A stretch of DNA of 64,000 nt, from assembly GCA_036172245.1 (NCBI GenBank), contig JAYWIR010000083.1, positions 1 through 64,000 of the forward strand, given 5' to 3'. The translations under genes were made by a program, and so were the position numbers. Of this stretch, positions 52,421-63,050 are shown piece by piece; positions within the stretch are counted from its first letter, which is position 1, and each line of letters starts with the position of its first letter. The notes beneath the pieces were generated by a model. That model was given only the letters and a program-made list of their open reading frames with translations, was not told the DNA's origin and made no database searches. The DNA is from Raillietiella orientalis. Lineage: Eukaryota.

Positions 52421-53039
52421 TCTCCCGTCGAACGCACTTTATTTGCTCGTTTTATTTTCGTTTTGCTGGGCGCCGTTCTCGCATGGAGACGGCAGGGTGG
52501 AAACCGATAGCGTGACGCTGCATCAGCAAAAATGGAAAGTCATGAGAACGCTAAAAGCAAGAAAACATCAGTTTCCCCGAATCAGGAAGGGTGCATGCCT
52601 TTTCCTTTTTGTTTTGTTATTTTTTTTGTTCCTTCGACAGGAAAAAGAAATCTTCTTCTCCCTTTTCCGATCATCATCTGATATGAAGGCGCTCGTACGC
52701 GGAGAGTTTTTTCTTTTTTTTATTATCTTCCCGTGCTCCCGTCCCCTTCGACATTTTCAGGAAGTCCCGATCTGGCTGCGAGCTGGATTTCTGATAGCCG
52801 TTAGGAAGAAATTTCTCCGGCTCGTGAGACGGAGAACTCGTTGGACCGCGGCTGCATTGCTCCTCGCTTTGACGTCACGCCCGGCACACACGGTGCTTCC
52901 TAGTGGCCAGTGGCCTGTCGCGTCAAACTGCGGATTAAATCGGGCGAAACAGTACCTCCGCCGACGCTGACTGCGGGTGGATGGAGGCGAAAGAAGCAGG
53001 AAGAGGTCACAGCCGCGCATAGCACCCAAGGTCACTCGA

Positions 53040-54745
53040 ATGGAAATTCTTCTCTGCTTTCCTTCCAGCTTTTTCTTTTCCCGGTTTTACCGCTTTTTTT
53101 TTCCAAGGTTCACCAAGTGCTGAGGAACCGTGGACCCTCCTCGAGGTAAACCATCAGCACTTGGCGAACCCTCCTTGAGGGTCGCGAAGTGCTGTTAACA
53201 CTGTTCCAAACCACCTGAGGGCAAGTGTACCTCTTCAATTTATAAGGAATGACCCGGAAGGGGCCACCCTATGAATCCAGGGAGCCTCCTGGAAAGAGAG
53301 TGGCCCCTCATTTCTTCCACGGAAAAAAAAACTCAAGGAAACCTCTCCTAGTTTCCTTTTCTGAAAAGAATCCGGAAGAAACGCTTCCCAATTTCTCCAA
53401 AGGGCCGCTCCACGAAGGGAACAGCACGCTTCTAACACTCTGCAGAGGTATCAACCCCCTCCATGGTACGGACACATTTTCACAACCGGAGGAGAACCCT
53501 GAAGGGCTCATTGTTTCCTGCAAGGACCCTGAGGGTCAACTTCCAAGCTCGGTCACTCAACGGGGTTTTCTGGCTTCCACCAGTGCCGCACCCCCGTACC
53601 GCCCCGCGAATGGTACTGCCTGGTTGCAGGAAACCGTTCGCACGTGGGCGAGGATCCAGGAGCCAAGCGCGGAACAGGTGCGACGTTTCCTGTATGCGCG
53701 TAACAACAACTGCAAGCTCCGGGAGATCCTGGAAGATCCCACGAAGAGTGCATGGGCAAGCAGAACTTTCCTCGCCGCCGCGCTTGGATAGCAGCCTTAC
53801 GGTTAGATGGGAGGTTACTGTGGAAATATCCGGAAGGAGGATGGGATTCCGCGAGTGAATGATGGACCCATCAGCACCCTCCCCTTAAAGAAGCAGGGGT
53901 GTCGGCGCTGCTGATGCTGCTCCACTGAGGTCTCCCGTGCGCCCGTGCAACGCCCGCCGGCATCATTGTACACGGGCAGGAGGAGTGAACCCGAACTGTG
54001 CAAAGTGCGGGGAGCGGGAATCCCTCCCGCACCTCCTAGGGGACTGTGCTGCCCTCTGGACCCTCTGCGGATGCTTTGCCGCTACCCTCGGAACCGCCGG
54101 CGGCTACGCCAGAGACATTCTGAAGCGTCTTTTCCAGACGCTATCATGGCGGCATCCCCAGAAGCACTTTGCTGCCCATGTTGGCTGCATGGAGCAACTC
54201 CAGAGGAGGCCACAACTACAGGGACAACATCCACTTTGCTGTCGTCCTCATGAGGACAGCCTTACGATCTGAGAGTCCTGAAACAGGGACTTGCCGGCAT
54301 TCTTACGAGGATGCAAAGGACACCCTCCAGCACCCGGTGATCCCTTCTCGAGCCCCCCTTCCCCCTTCCCCCTTCCTTTTTTACTGCATGTTTTTTGTTT
54401 TATTTTCTTTTTGTTTGTCTCCCCTTCCCCTGTGCTGACGAAGCGACCCCCGCTGGCCTGCGCGCCAGTTCCTGGAAGATTCCTCCTCGTAGTTATAAGT
54501 GAAGTGGCCACGTCCTGCCACAGACATGGATGTTTGTTTTTAGTAAATAAACGCCTCGGCGTGACCAGTTGTCAGCCAGTGCCATACCCGAAGTCCACAG
54601 GCCAACCAGCGTCATCCTGGGGGGAGAAGGGGGTTCAAGACCCACGACGCGCTCTTCATTTGTCACCACTGATCCTTCCTTGGATGGCATTCGAACCTGT
54701 GATGCTTGAGGCCAAGAGCGGCGACTGCCGCTGCCACGCGGCCGC
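53040..54745 (-). mobile_element. SINE-like repeat, copy 11, interrupted by a LINE at 53594-54575
   Basis: Tail and body at 53040-53593; head at 54576-54745 with the reverse complement of GGTTCGAATGCC. Confidence 0.8.
53594..54575 (+). mobile_element. 5'-truncated L1/Tx1-like insertion with imperfect 14-bp TSD
   Basis: CAKCGERESLPHLLGDC motif. Flanks are CCAGTGCCGCACCC (53580-53593) and CCAGTGCCATACCC (54576-54589). Confidence 0.88.
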
Positions 54746-55569
54746 CAACGCGGGGAAGAAACTGTTGCAAAGGCTCATCCCGACACGACTCATCCAGATC
54801 TCTCAAGCTCTCAGCTCTCATCCAGACACGATTTCCCTCTAAGGCAACAGAAGCACCCTTCAGAAACCTCAAGTGAAGCATGGTTTCTGGAAGGGACTCC
54901 CCTACCACTTCTTTTCGCAGGGATCAAAGGGACCGCAGTGGAGAGAGGGCTGCTCTAAAATACCCTGCAGTGATCTCGCTGACCTCGTTTGTGGTCTCCC
55001 TGCATCGCCGCACTCGGCTTCCCCGTGGCGCATTCCTGGGACAGGGAGCTTCCCCGTCCGTTGTCTCTTCCTGCTCACCGGTTTTCCTTGGCTGCCAGGT
55101 TGCCTCGTCCTCTGCGGCGTGTTCGTCCCACGGTCGTGGGGCTTCTTATTCCCCCCCCCCCCCCGGTCTCTCAGTTGTTTCCTCGGGGGCAGCAAGGTCG
55201 CGCGATTGATCGCTCTGTTATCACTCATCCGAGGTATTACTTGGGCCGAATTCTTCGGGCAAACTTCTGGACCGAAATTGGCGCTCGATCATCTGCACAG
55301 CAATTCAATGATCAAGGAATTTTTTTTCCGCTCCTCCTCCTGCCGTGGCAATCCAGCTGTTACTCTGCTCCGTTTTATGGATGCCGCGAACACGGTATAA
55401 ATATTTATGGACGTTCCAGAGAACGGCGATAATCTCGAACCGGAGCACTGAAGGATGAATTCCACGACGACGGCTCTCATAACGCTGCACGGGAGCTGAA
55501 GACGGATCAAACGGTCAGCTCAGCGGTATCGACAACAGGATGTGCCGGTGCTCGTGTCAACCCAGCGCA

Positions 55570-56088
55570 TGGTCAGCACGTGTCAGCGCACCTTTTGTTG
55601 GACGGCTCCTCCTGAAGGACTTATGGCGGAGATTCGCTTCGGCCCTCCACCGACCCCAGGATACCGCCACGAACCAACTGCGGCGCTTCTTCACCGCAGA
55701 CAGACTGGAGAGAGGCTCTGTGATCACAGCGAAATGCTGCATCTGCGGCGCCATGGTGACGGTCAGCCATGGGTTAGAGGCAAGTTCGCGGAGAGGCAGC
55801 AAAGCAAAAGCCCTCATGAGAGCAGCGGCGAGGTGGCCTCACTTGCCAGAAAAAGTCGTCAGGGAGATCGCCACCATCCAGAGCCGCTTCTAAAAGTAAA
55901 GGAACGTCTTACACCAAAGATCCCTGTTCCCACTCTACCCTCTTTTTTTATTTATTTATCGTCCCCTCCCTCCGTTCCCTACTTTTCGGAAGCCGGCCTG
56001 CGTGACGGTGGTCATCTTTTTGTTTCTTTTCCCCTCAGACTTGTGGTTTGTTTTGAGAAATAAACGTTCCTGAGTAACCGGGTTCAAA
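55570..56088 (+). mobile_element. 5'-truncated L1/Tx1-like subfamily B insertion
   Basis: WPHLPEKVVREIATIQSRF-stop (55893) and terminal AATAAACGTTCCTGAGTAACCGGGTTCAAA. CCCAGCGCA is duplicated at 55561-55569 and 56090-56098. Confidence 0.85.
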
Positions 56089-56569
56089 CCCCAGCGCAGG
56101 GCTCTGCGCCAAGGTGATCCTAAAGTGGTACGCGGCACAAAATGCCAACCAGAGGAGCTGGAGACGAACGAACCAGCGTTGGGAGAGCTCTCCTACCGGG
56201 TTCTCCAGTCTTCTTCGAAGTTTCTCCGGGCGTGGGCTGGATCAATGCTCTGTGAAATTCCCAATCATCTCGTCTCACTTTCCAATAATTTGGAATCAGC
56301 CGCCCTTCGGCGGCAGTGCGCCAGAGGTGTTCTTCGGATTCGAAGTACATTAAATACAGTACCTGTTTCAGTATACGCAACAGTTTCTCTTATTTATGTG
56401 TGAGCGTGAAAACCTCCAATTCCTCATCCTTAAGCACACGCATGGCATGCAGCATCCCGCAGAGGAAAATTACGAGGCTGCGCCAACTGCATCTGCTAGC
56501 GTGGTGGGAATCCTCGAGTTCTGCAGCTCGCTTCACCGCCAGCACATCAATCACCCGAAGCTTAGCTTT

Positions 56570-56750
56570 GTAATCTCCAGTTGAGGCAACAAATGATGTT
56601 TTCCTCTCGTGAATGTGCATGCGTTGCGAAAGCAACGGTATCTAAGTAATGATGGAAATCCAAAATCACTTGTTTATTATGCGCTGATGACGTTGGCATG
56701 CTGTTGCGAGCAGAAAACATTTGTCACATTTTGCGGCAACGGCCGTGATG
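56570..56750 (+). pseudogene. Possible LINE RT catalytic-region remnant
   Basis: KITCLLCADDVGMLL (YADD-like, ADD at 56683-56691), preceded by LRQ..FS. Confidence 0.35.
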
Positions 56751-56829
56751 CAAAAACAATCATAGCCGGAGTGATGCCCTTGAGACGTGGAAGAAAGGCA
56801 GGTATTCTACGCCGAGCACGAGGCAAGTC

Positions 56830-57600
56830 GCCGGAACAGCACGAGTGGATTAAGGAACAAAGGATTCTGAAAGCCCTTTCCCAGTGGAACAACGATCAGA
56901 GCATGCACCCTGCACTGCTTCCCTTCCGCGCTTAGCTGGAGGGCTTATATTTTCCCAGCTTGTTCCTCCTAGCTGTGCTGGACGCCTCTTTCCCACCCTC
57001 GAACGGGCAGCCGATGTCCACCGCCATTCTCCGATTTCCTTTCTTCAGTATTAGGTCAGGTCGCAAGCCCGTTCCTGGTCAACACTTGGTCCCACTTTGC
57101 TTCTGCCACCGCGGCCATGCTGACCATCTCTTGGATCGCGCCGTGTCGCGCGGTGAACAGCGCAGTGAAAGTGTCTTCTGCATCGGCTTAAATATGAAGC
57201 GACGTTTCGTCTCGCGTCCGGCAGTACCGACGTTCGCGTTCCTTCGGTTTGACCCATGCCCGGCCCTGATCGGGAGAACATTTGGCAGGGCTGCGTGGAT
57301 GTATCTGCGGTCCTGGAACCTCAGCTGGTCACCGTTGGAGAGGAAGAGGCTTGAGGCGTGGTGCATGCCCATGCACTGCGTGGCTCTCCCTTGACTGAGG
57401 TGCTCTTGAACGAGGGGCTCTCTCTGCGCTGCTCTCACACCGGAGGTAAACTTTCTCCTCGTGCTGCTGCTGAAGATGACGCCGTCGACCGTTATGCTGA
57501 ACTCTCCATCAGCAGACTTTTGTTCTTCCCGAAGCCCTTCTTCCTCTGGACCACAGGCTGTCGACGTCCCTGCCGCACCTTGCGAATCTTCCCGAGGAAG
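56830..57600 (-). mobile_element. RLE-type (NeSL/Utopia-like) C-terminal fragment
   Basis: QGRATQC..HHASSLFLSNGDQLRFQDRRYIHAALPNVLP, YCRTRDETSLHI, TARHGAIQ, GLRPDLILKKGNRRMAVDIGCPFEG...ARRNK..Y (PD...D restriction-like endonuclease motif). Confidence 0.9.
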
Positions 57601-58649
57601 TGTTCGTTATGAATTCTCCGAGATCCTCATCTGCTGGTGGCTCAAGGATTCTCTTTGGATCTGACCTGGTACTGAAGAAAGGGAATCGAACAATAGTGCT
57701 GGACATCTGCTGCTCGTTCGATGATGGGAAAGAGGCGTCCAGCACAGCTAGGAGGAAAAAGCTAAGAAATTATAAGGAAGAAGCCCTCCAGATAATCAAG
57801 AAAGGAAAGCAGGGCAGGGTGCATGCACTCATCGTTGGCTCACTGATCTCTCCTGCGACGCGGATAACAAGGAAGCGCTGCATGATCTTGGAGTTTCTAG
57901 AAAGCGCACGGTGAGGATGTTGTAACCCGATTGCATGGTTTATTTTAAAATAAGGACAAAATAAACAACAAGGAGGAGGGGAAGAAGGATATCTCCTCAA
58001 AAACACGAAAAACCAAACAAAAAGTTCAACCGGGATAACCACCGCCGCCTTCCAAAAACCAGGGAACAGAAGGAAGGGACAATAAATAAGTAAAAAAAGA
58101 CGGAAGGGGTCTTTGGTATGTAACATTCCTTAATTTTCAGAAGCGCTTGTAGATGGTGGTGATCTCCCTGGAGACTTCTTCTGGCAGATGGGGCCACTTT
58201 GCTGCCGTCCTCATGAGGGCTGCTGCCATGCTGGTGTCCTCTCTTCGCCACGAACTTGATTCCAACACATGGCGGACTGTCACCATGGCGCGGGATGCAG
58301 CAGACTGTTGCGATCACAGCGCTTTTTTTTCCAGTCCTTTTCTGTGAAAAATCACCGCAGCAAGTCTGTTGCAGTGTCCTGCGGTCTACAGAGTGCCTCA
58401 GAGAGTCTCCGCCACAGGACCGCGAAGGTCAACAGCAGTCCAACGGCAGGTGAGGGAGCGATTCCATCGCCCCTCACCTCAGACAGTTCGGGGAGGCAAC
58501 TCTCCAGGAAAACAGGATCCTGCGCTAGTTGCACTGGAATCTCCAGTGCAGAAACAGCAGAACATCCTGTTTCCAGCGTGACGGGAACATGAAAGTGTTC
58601 ACGCAAAGGGAAGGGACCACGAATTCTTCGGGGGACACGCCAAGCAGCT

Positions 58650-58702
58650 AACGTGTATGTTTAATTTTTATAATAAACGTCCCGGCGTGACCGGGTGATC
58701 AA
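58650..58702 (+). mobile_element. 53-bp LINE terminal insertion with 10-bp TSD
   Basis: CCAAGCAGCT at 58640-58649 and 58703-58712 flanks AATAAACGTCCCGGCGTGACCGGGTGATCAA. Confidence 0.8.
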
Positions 58703-58712
58703 CCAAGCAGCT

Positions 58713-59210
58713 CATGGACAATCCCAGAGACGTGATGAAGTGCCTCTTCGTGCACTATGACCTTTCGCCTGCAGCATCCCCAGCAGCTCTTTGCTGCCTA
58801 CGCAGCACTGCGGCGACCTGGAGCTACTCGAGAGGAGGACGGCGCGATAGGACGCCATGTGCTTCGCCCTGCGCTCCTGCGGACGGCATCAAGATGGCTC
58901 CACCTGGAGCATACTCGGACAGAACTTGCCTGCATCCTGGAAAGGATGACGAGGATGCCCTCCAGCTCCTGGTGATCCCCCTCCCTAACCCTCCCAATTC
59001 TTTTGTATATATATTTTTTGTTTTATCTTCATTTCTGTCTGCCCCCTCCGATGCCGAGGCGAACCTCGCTGGCCTGAGTGCCGGTTACTCGTCAGGTTCC
59101 GAGCGTTCCCGGACAATGTAGGCCGATGGCCGATGGTTAGGTTAGGGCCGATGGCCGATACATAAACATAGGTATGTTTATTTTTTATAATAAATGTCCC
59201 GGAGTGATCG
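58713..59210 (+). mobile_element. L1/Tx1-like subfamily A 3' fragment
   Basis: NPRDVMKCLFVHYDLSPAAS matches NPRDVLKPLFVRNVLSPAAS. Shared 3' UTR and AATAAATGTCCCGGAGTGA. Confidence 0.85.
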
Positions 59211-59650
59211 CCTTGCCCAGCAAAGAGATGCTGGGCAAGGTGGGAGTTGTCTGCTGTCAGTGCTCGCCCTGGGAGTGGACAGCTCTGCAGCAAGGGTGAG
59301 ACGGCTGTCCGGGACCACTGCGTCCAATCCTTCAAAAGATCACCAAGCGGTTTGCGTAGGAGATCCTTCAGAGATCGTAGTTCCTCTGGGAAGATCTCCA
59401 AAGTAGCAGCCGAGGACTCCAGAGCTTCCTGTCCCCAGGCGTTCCAGTTTATGAGGCGGCAGGAGGTCCACGGATGGGCAGACAGCGCAACGAGGACAGA
59501 TGCCTCAGGGGATAGCCGAATCCAGTGCTCCGGCGTAGGTTGCGCGGCAATAGTGAAAGAAGTCCATAGCTGCCAACGAACCATTAGAAGAAGATGAGGC
59601 ACCGGATGCTGGCCTCGTGCATCCGGTACTCCAGGGACATAGCTGCCCGC

Positions 59651-60440
59651 GTCGGAGGCTTTGTGGTTAAGGCTTCCGCGTGTGGTACCACGCGTCGCGG
59701 GTTCGAATACTTCGGCAGATAACTGATGCCACTGCGTCGTTTGGGTTCCGAGTTTCTCCTGCAATGGCGCTGGTTGGCCGAGACATTCGGGCGTGGCACC
59801 GGCGGTGGATTAAGCCGGAGGCCCCCGATGAAGGCCGGAACAATGGAAGTCGACCTTCGGGTCCTCCCAGGAATAAAGGAGTGGGGAGTTCCCCCTCCGG
59901 TCGTGCAACGGAGAGGGGATCCCCGTCACCGAGGGACCGCCTACGGTTTCAAGATGGAGCAGGAGCTCTCACGGGCACCTCTCCAGTCGTTCAAAGGAAC
60001 GGACATCCCTGTTGGGGGGTCCCTCCGAGTCGTCGCTTCTTCACGGAGTGTGCACAAGGAAGCAAGCGAGAGCGATTCCCTGCGGGAAGCTGCGGCGCCC
60101 ATTCTGAGTTTCGGAAGCGTCCCTTCGGGGTTCTCTTCAGAGGAGTGAACAGGAGCGGTTCCCTTGCGGGTTCCCTCCGGAGAAGAAATTCCTACAAGCG
60201 GATCCTTTCCGGGTTCCCTTCGGAGAAGTTGAAATGGAGAGGACCACCCCCCGTTACGGGGGGTGTCCCTCTGGAGAGAATGCAGAAGGAGATTCCCTTC
60301 GGGGTTCCCCTTCGGAGACAACCAGGGTGGGAGGTGCGATCCCCCCCCAAGCGTGAGAGGAACGGACTCCGAGCCCTTCCTGGATTCATAGGGCGGACCC
60401 CTATCCCGGGGTGCCCCCTATCCTGAAGAATTACACTGAA
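59651..60440 (+). mobile_element. SINE-like repeat, copy 12
   Basis: GTCGGAGGCTTTGTGGTTAAGG (A-box-like) followed by GCGGGTTCGAATAC (B box); homologous body. Confidence 0.85.
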
Positions 60441-60539
60441 GGATTACACGCCCCCCCTACGGGTTGCCGCGGGCGGAGAGGCGTGGAAACAAACAAACGC
60501 AGCCCACATCAAGGAAGAACACGCGAGACCGAAACTCAG

Positions 60540-63050
60540 ATGCAGCCGGAAAATCTCAGCAGTGAGCTCTCGTGAGATGGAGAATAAGAAGCTGTGGGAG
60601 CAACAGAATGAAGAGCAATGAACTCATCGGATAGACATATGAGGAATTTCGTAGAAATGTGGAGCTGTAGCGAAGTGTTACATTGTAAATTTAAGCAAGA
60701 AAACAGAATTCTGAAGGTCTTCCGTACAAAGGAAATCGAATTCCGTGGGGGGTTCCGGCCATGATATTCCAGAAGCTTTGAGAGCCACGGGCTAGTTTTC
60801 TGAGGAAATCTACTTGCCAATGGGCAGGTTTGGACGATGAACTGCTGCCACTGAACCCTGAAGCACTGCTGAAACACACTGTCCTTGATGACCCACGTTG
60901 CCTGAAATGACATTTTAGCTGCCAGTGGCTCTCTGGAGTCTCGCCTGGTGTGAACTGGGTTCACTGTTCGAGCACTGTTCGAATCGCACACTGGAAGGAC
61001 GCTCACGCATGTTCTCCAGTGTCCTTTTAGTCACAGGCATGTTATTCTCTGTGAATAATTTCATCATTTGGGATGGCCTCCCTTTAAAAGGGAACCTCCA
61101 TCCACAGACGGACTTTCGATACGCTTAGCCCACGATGCAGATGCGGATGCTGCCACCAGGCCTCTCGAGCCTGATGAAGAATTGACCGCTTCGGATATTT
61201 GCCGCTCAAGAATTTCCCCTCCACACAAGGAGGGCGGAAATGGATCATCGACATAACTTATTCAAGTGTGTACACAATGCGGAACGCGGAGTTCTTGGCG
61301 TCCAACACCGCCTACATCGCTGACGCAAATAATTCATCCCGCCAACCCTTCCCTCTCCAGAGCCATCAAATACTAACGAGAAGATCCGATCCATACAGAA
61401 AGCCTCCTCAGGTCAGAAGCAACGGGTCCATCACGCGAGTTCCGTGTGCGCGAGAATCCAAAACTCCCTGAGGGAAATTGCAGTGCGTTGCGAGGGCTTC
61501 GTCTCTCTCTCCCTTACTCGTCCTGTGTCCAGAAGTCCCCAGATTGCAGTACCGTTTTCTTGGTCGTCGCATCCAACGGAATACTGCTGGTTCCGCTCCG
61601 CAAACGCGAAGCGCCTCGGGATGTTGATTTTTCCGTGTTGGAAGCGGTCTCCGAGCCACTGTGGCCGGGAAGAGTTTCGCCCGGTAAGAGTCGCTGAGCA
61701 GAGATGGCAGATGAACAGAGATGGCTACTGAGAAAACCGGATGCCGTTCAAAGAGACGAGCGATCCTACGTGACGCTGCCAACGACAACTTCCCAAACGG
61801 AACCTTTCCCGTTCCCTACCCGAGGGATACGCAGCCATAAAAATGCACGTGTCCTTCCCTGATTTTTCACTCCGGTACCGATCTCTGCACTCTACGTAGG
61901 ACCTCGAGCTGATCGATCGGCTAGTGGATTCCACTGATGTTCCCCAAACTCGGCAGTTCTGAGGGAGCATCCCGTAGAACAGCCACAAAACGGAGTGCTG
62001 CCTTGTTTGGGCGACGCAGAGCATTTCCTCATCGCACAGGAAACTAGAAAACGGGGTCTTCCGTGATGGGGTCTTCAGCATCCTTGGTTCCAGTGCCCAG
62101 ATCAAACGTGCTGCCATCCTAAATCCAACAGGTGTTAACGATGGTGCCGCAGAAATCCAAAAAGCGTTTCAGTTTTGGAGCAGAGGGGTATCCAAACGAC
62201 GATACTTCGCTCCATCCATTCCTGTGACTGGAGGGAATCGTGGAACTCTCCCAAGAACATGCGGCTGTGGTTGATAGAGACAAATACAACATGCAACCAT
62301 AGCTTCGTCGACGGTCAGCACCTGCTCTAGCACGCGTGCCCGGCTTTACCTTGGGTATGCTCAAGGTCGCATCTTTCAAAGATGCACCTTGACCTCCTCC
62401 TCCTCGCTCCTTACAGGTCTCACATGGAGTCTCTTCCCTTGTGTCCCCCTCGAGAGAGCTGCGTTTCGGGGAAATCTATCTGAAGAAGCCACAAAAGATG
62501 CAGCCAGTGAGGAGGTCCCGAGTGACGAGAAGCTCGGAGTTGCGCCATCTCCCAGAGAGAATGGTGCTCCGCAAATGGTCTGCTTCCCATTATACCACGA
62601 GCAGACTTCCCAGTTGACGCAACGGAGAAAATCCCTCACCAACAACTTAAGCAGGTAGGTCTTGAGTGACCGGCAGTGTAGTTTGGACCATTAGAGCTCG
62701 TGACAACAATTTTGCTTTCAGAAAAAAGAAGAGACCTATTTGGCTTCTCCCTTTTTTGCTCTGTTTCGCTTAAATCCATCTCTCGGCACATTCGCCAACT
62801 AGAGGATGCGACCCTTCCCTTATTTATGTGAGTACAAACTCCATGCATAGGAGGTTTCGGAAACAACTGCTGGTGTTCCAGATGAGGAATCTTCCTATTC
62901 GAAGCGTACTAGTAGAAGAGCCTTCCAGACCTTCCAGACGCCTCCATGGACAGTCAACTCGAATGGCACGGATTTGGAACCGGGAGTAACCTCCAGCTTG
63001 TGTCTGAGGATGCGCTTCTCAGACTCCTTCAGTGCGCCAGGAAGGTGCGC
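60540..63050 (-). pseudogene. Possible heavily decayed RLE-type (HERO/NeSL-like) RT and C-terminus
   Basis: Ordered remnants LFY*..NRKIP..INKG..SSWR, DPI..PVR*GNAL (GVRQG.PL-like), MAAY, YCNLG, QWQQFIVQ...SPW...ISFV. Each motif is weak; the order is what supports the call. Confidence 0.35.

Larger units (their letters stand above)
57920..59585 (-). mobile_element. L1/Tx1-like subfamily B insertion, itself interrupted at 58650-59205
   Basis: 58140-58640 matches 11735-12240 and 59230-59580 matches 11150-11550. Degenerate terminus AATAAACCATGCAATCGGGTTACAA. Confidence 0.75.
57600..59655 (+). mobile_element. RLE-type C-terminal fragment split by nested LINEs (57600-57919 and 59586-59655)
   Basis: DLVLKKGNRTIVLDICCSFDDG...ARRKKLRNYK...VHALIVGSL...DLGVSRK resumes as KKMRHRMLASCIRYSRDI, colinear with 39616-39900. 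Confidence 0.8.

Noticed and set aside
59651..59730. Functional tRNA gene (and similar heads in other copies)
   Set aside because: A/B boxes are present, but there is no closing acceptor stem or clean anticodon arm, and the head is always attached to the same repeat body.
60960..61125. C2H2 zinc-finger gene remnant on the minus strand (TGE / FQCAI-like words)
   Set aside because: The motif pieces lie in different frames without correct Cys/His spacing; the region is better explained as part of a decayed retroelement.
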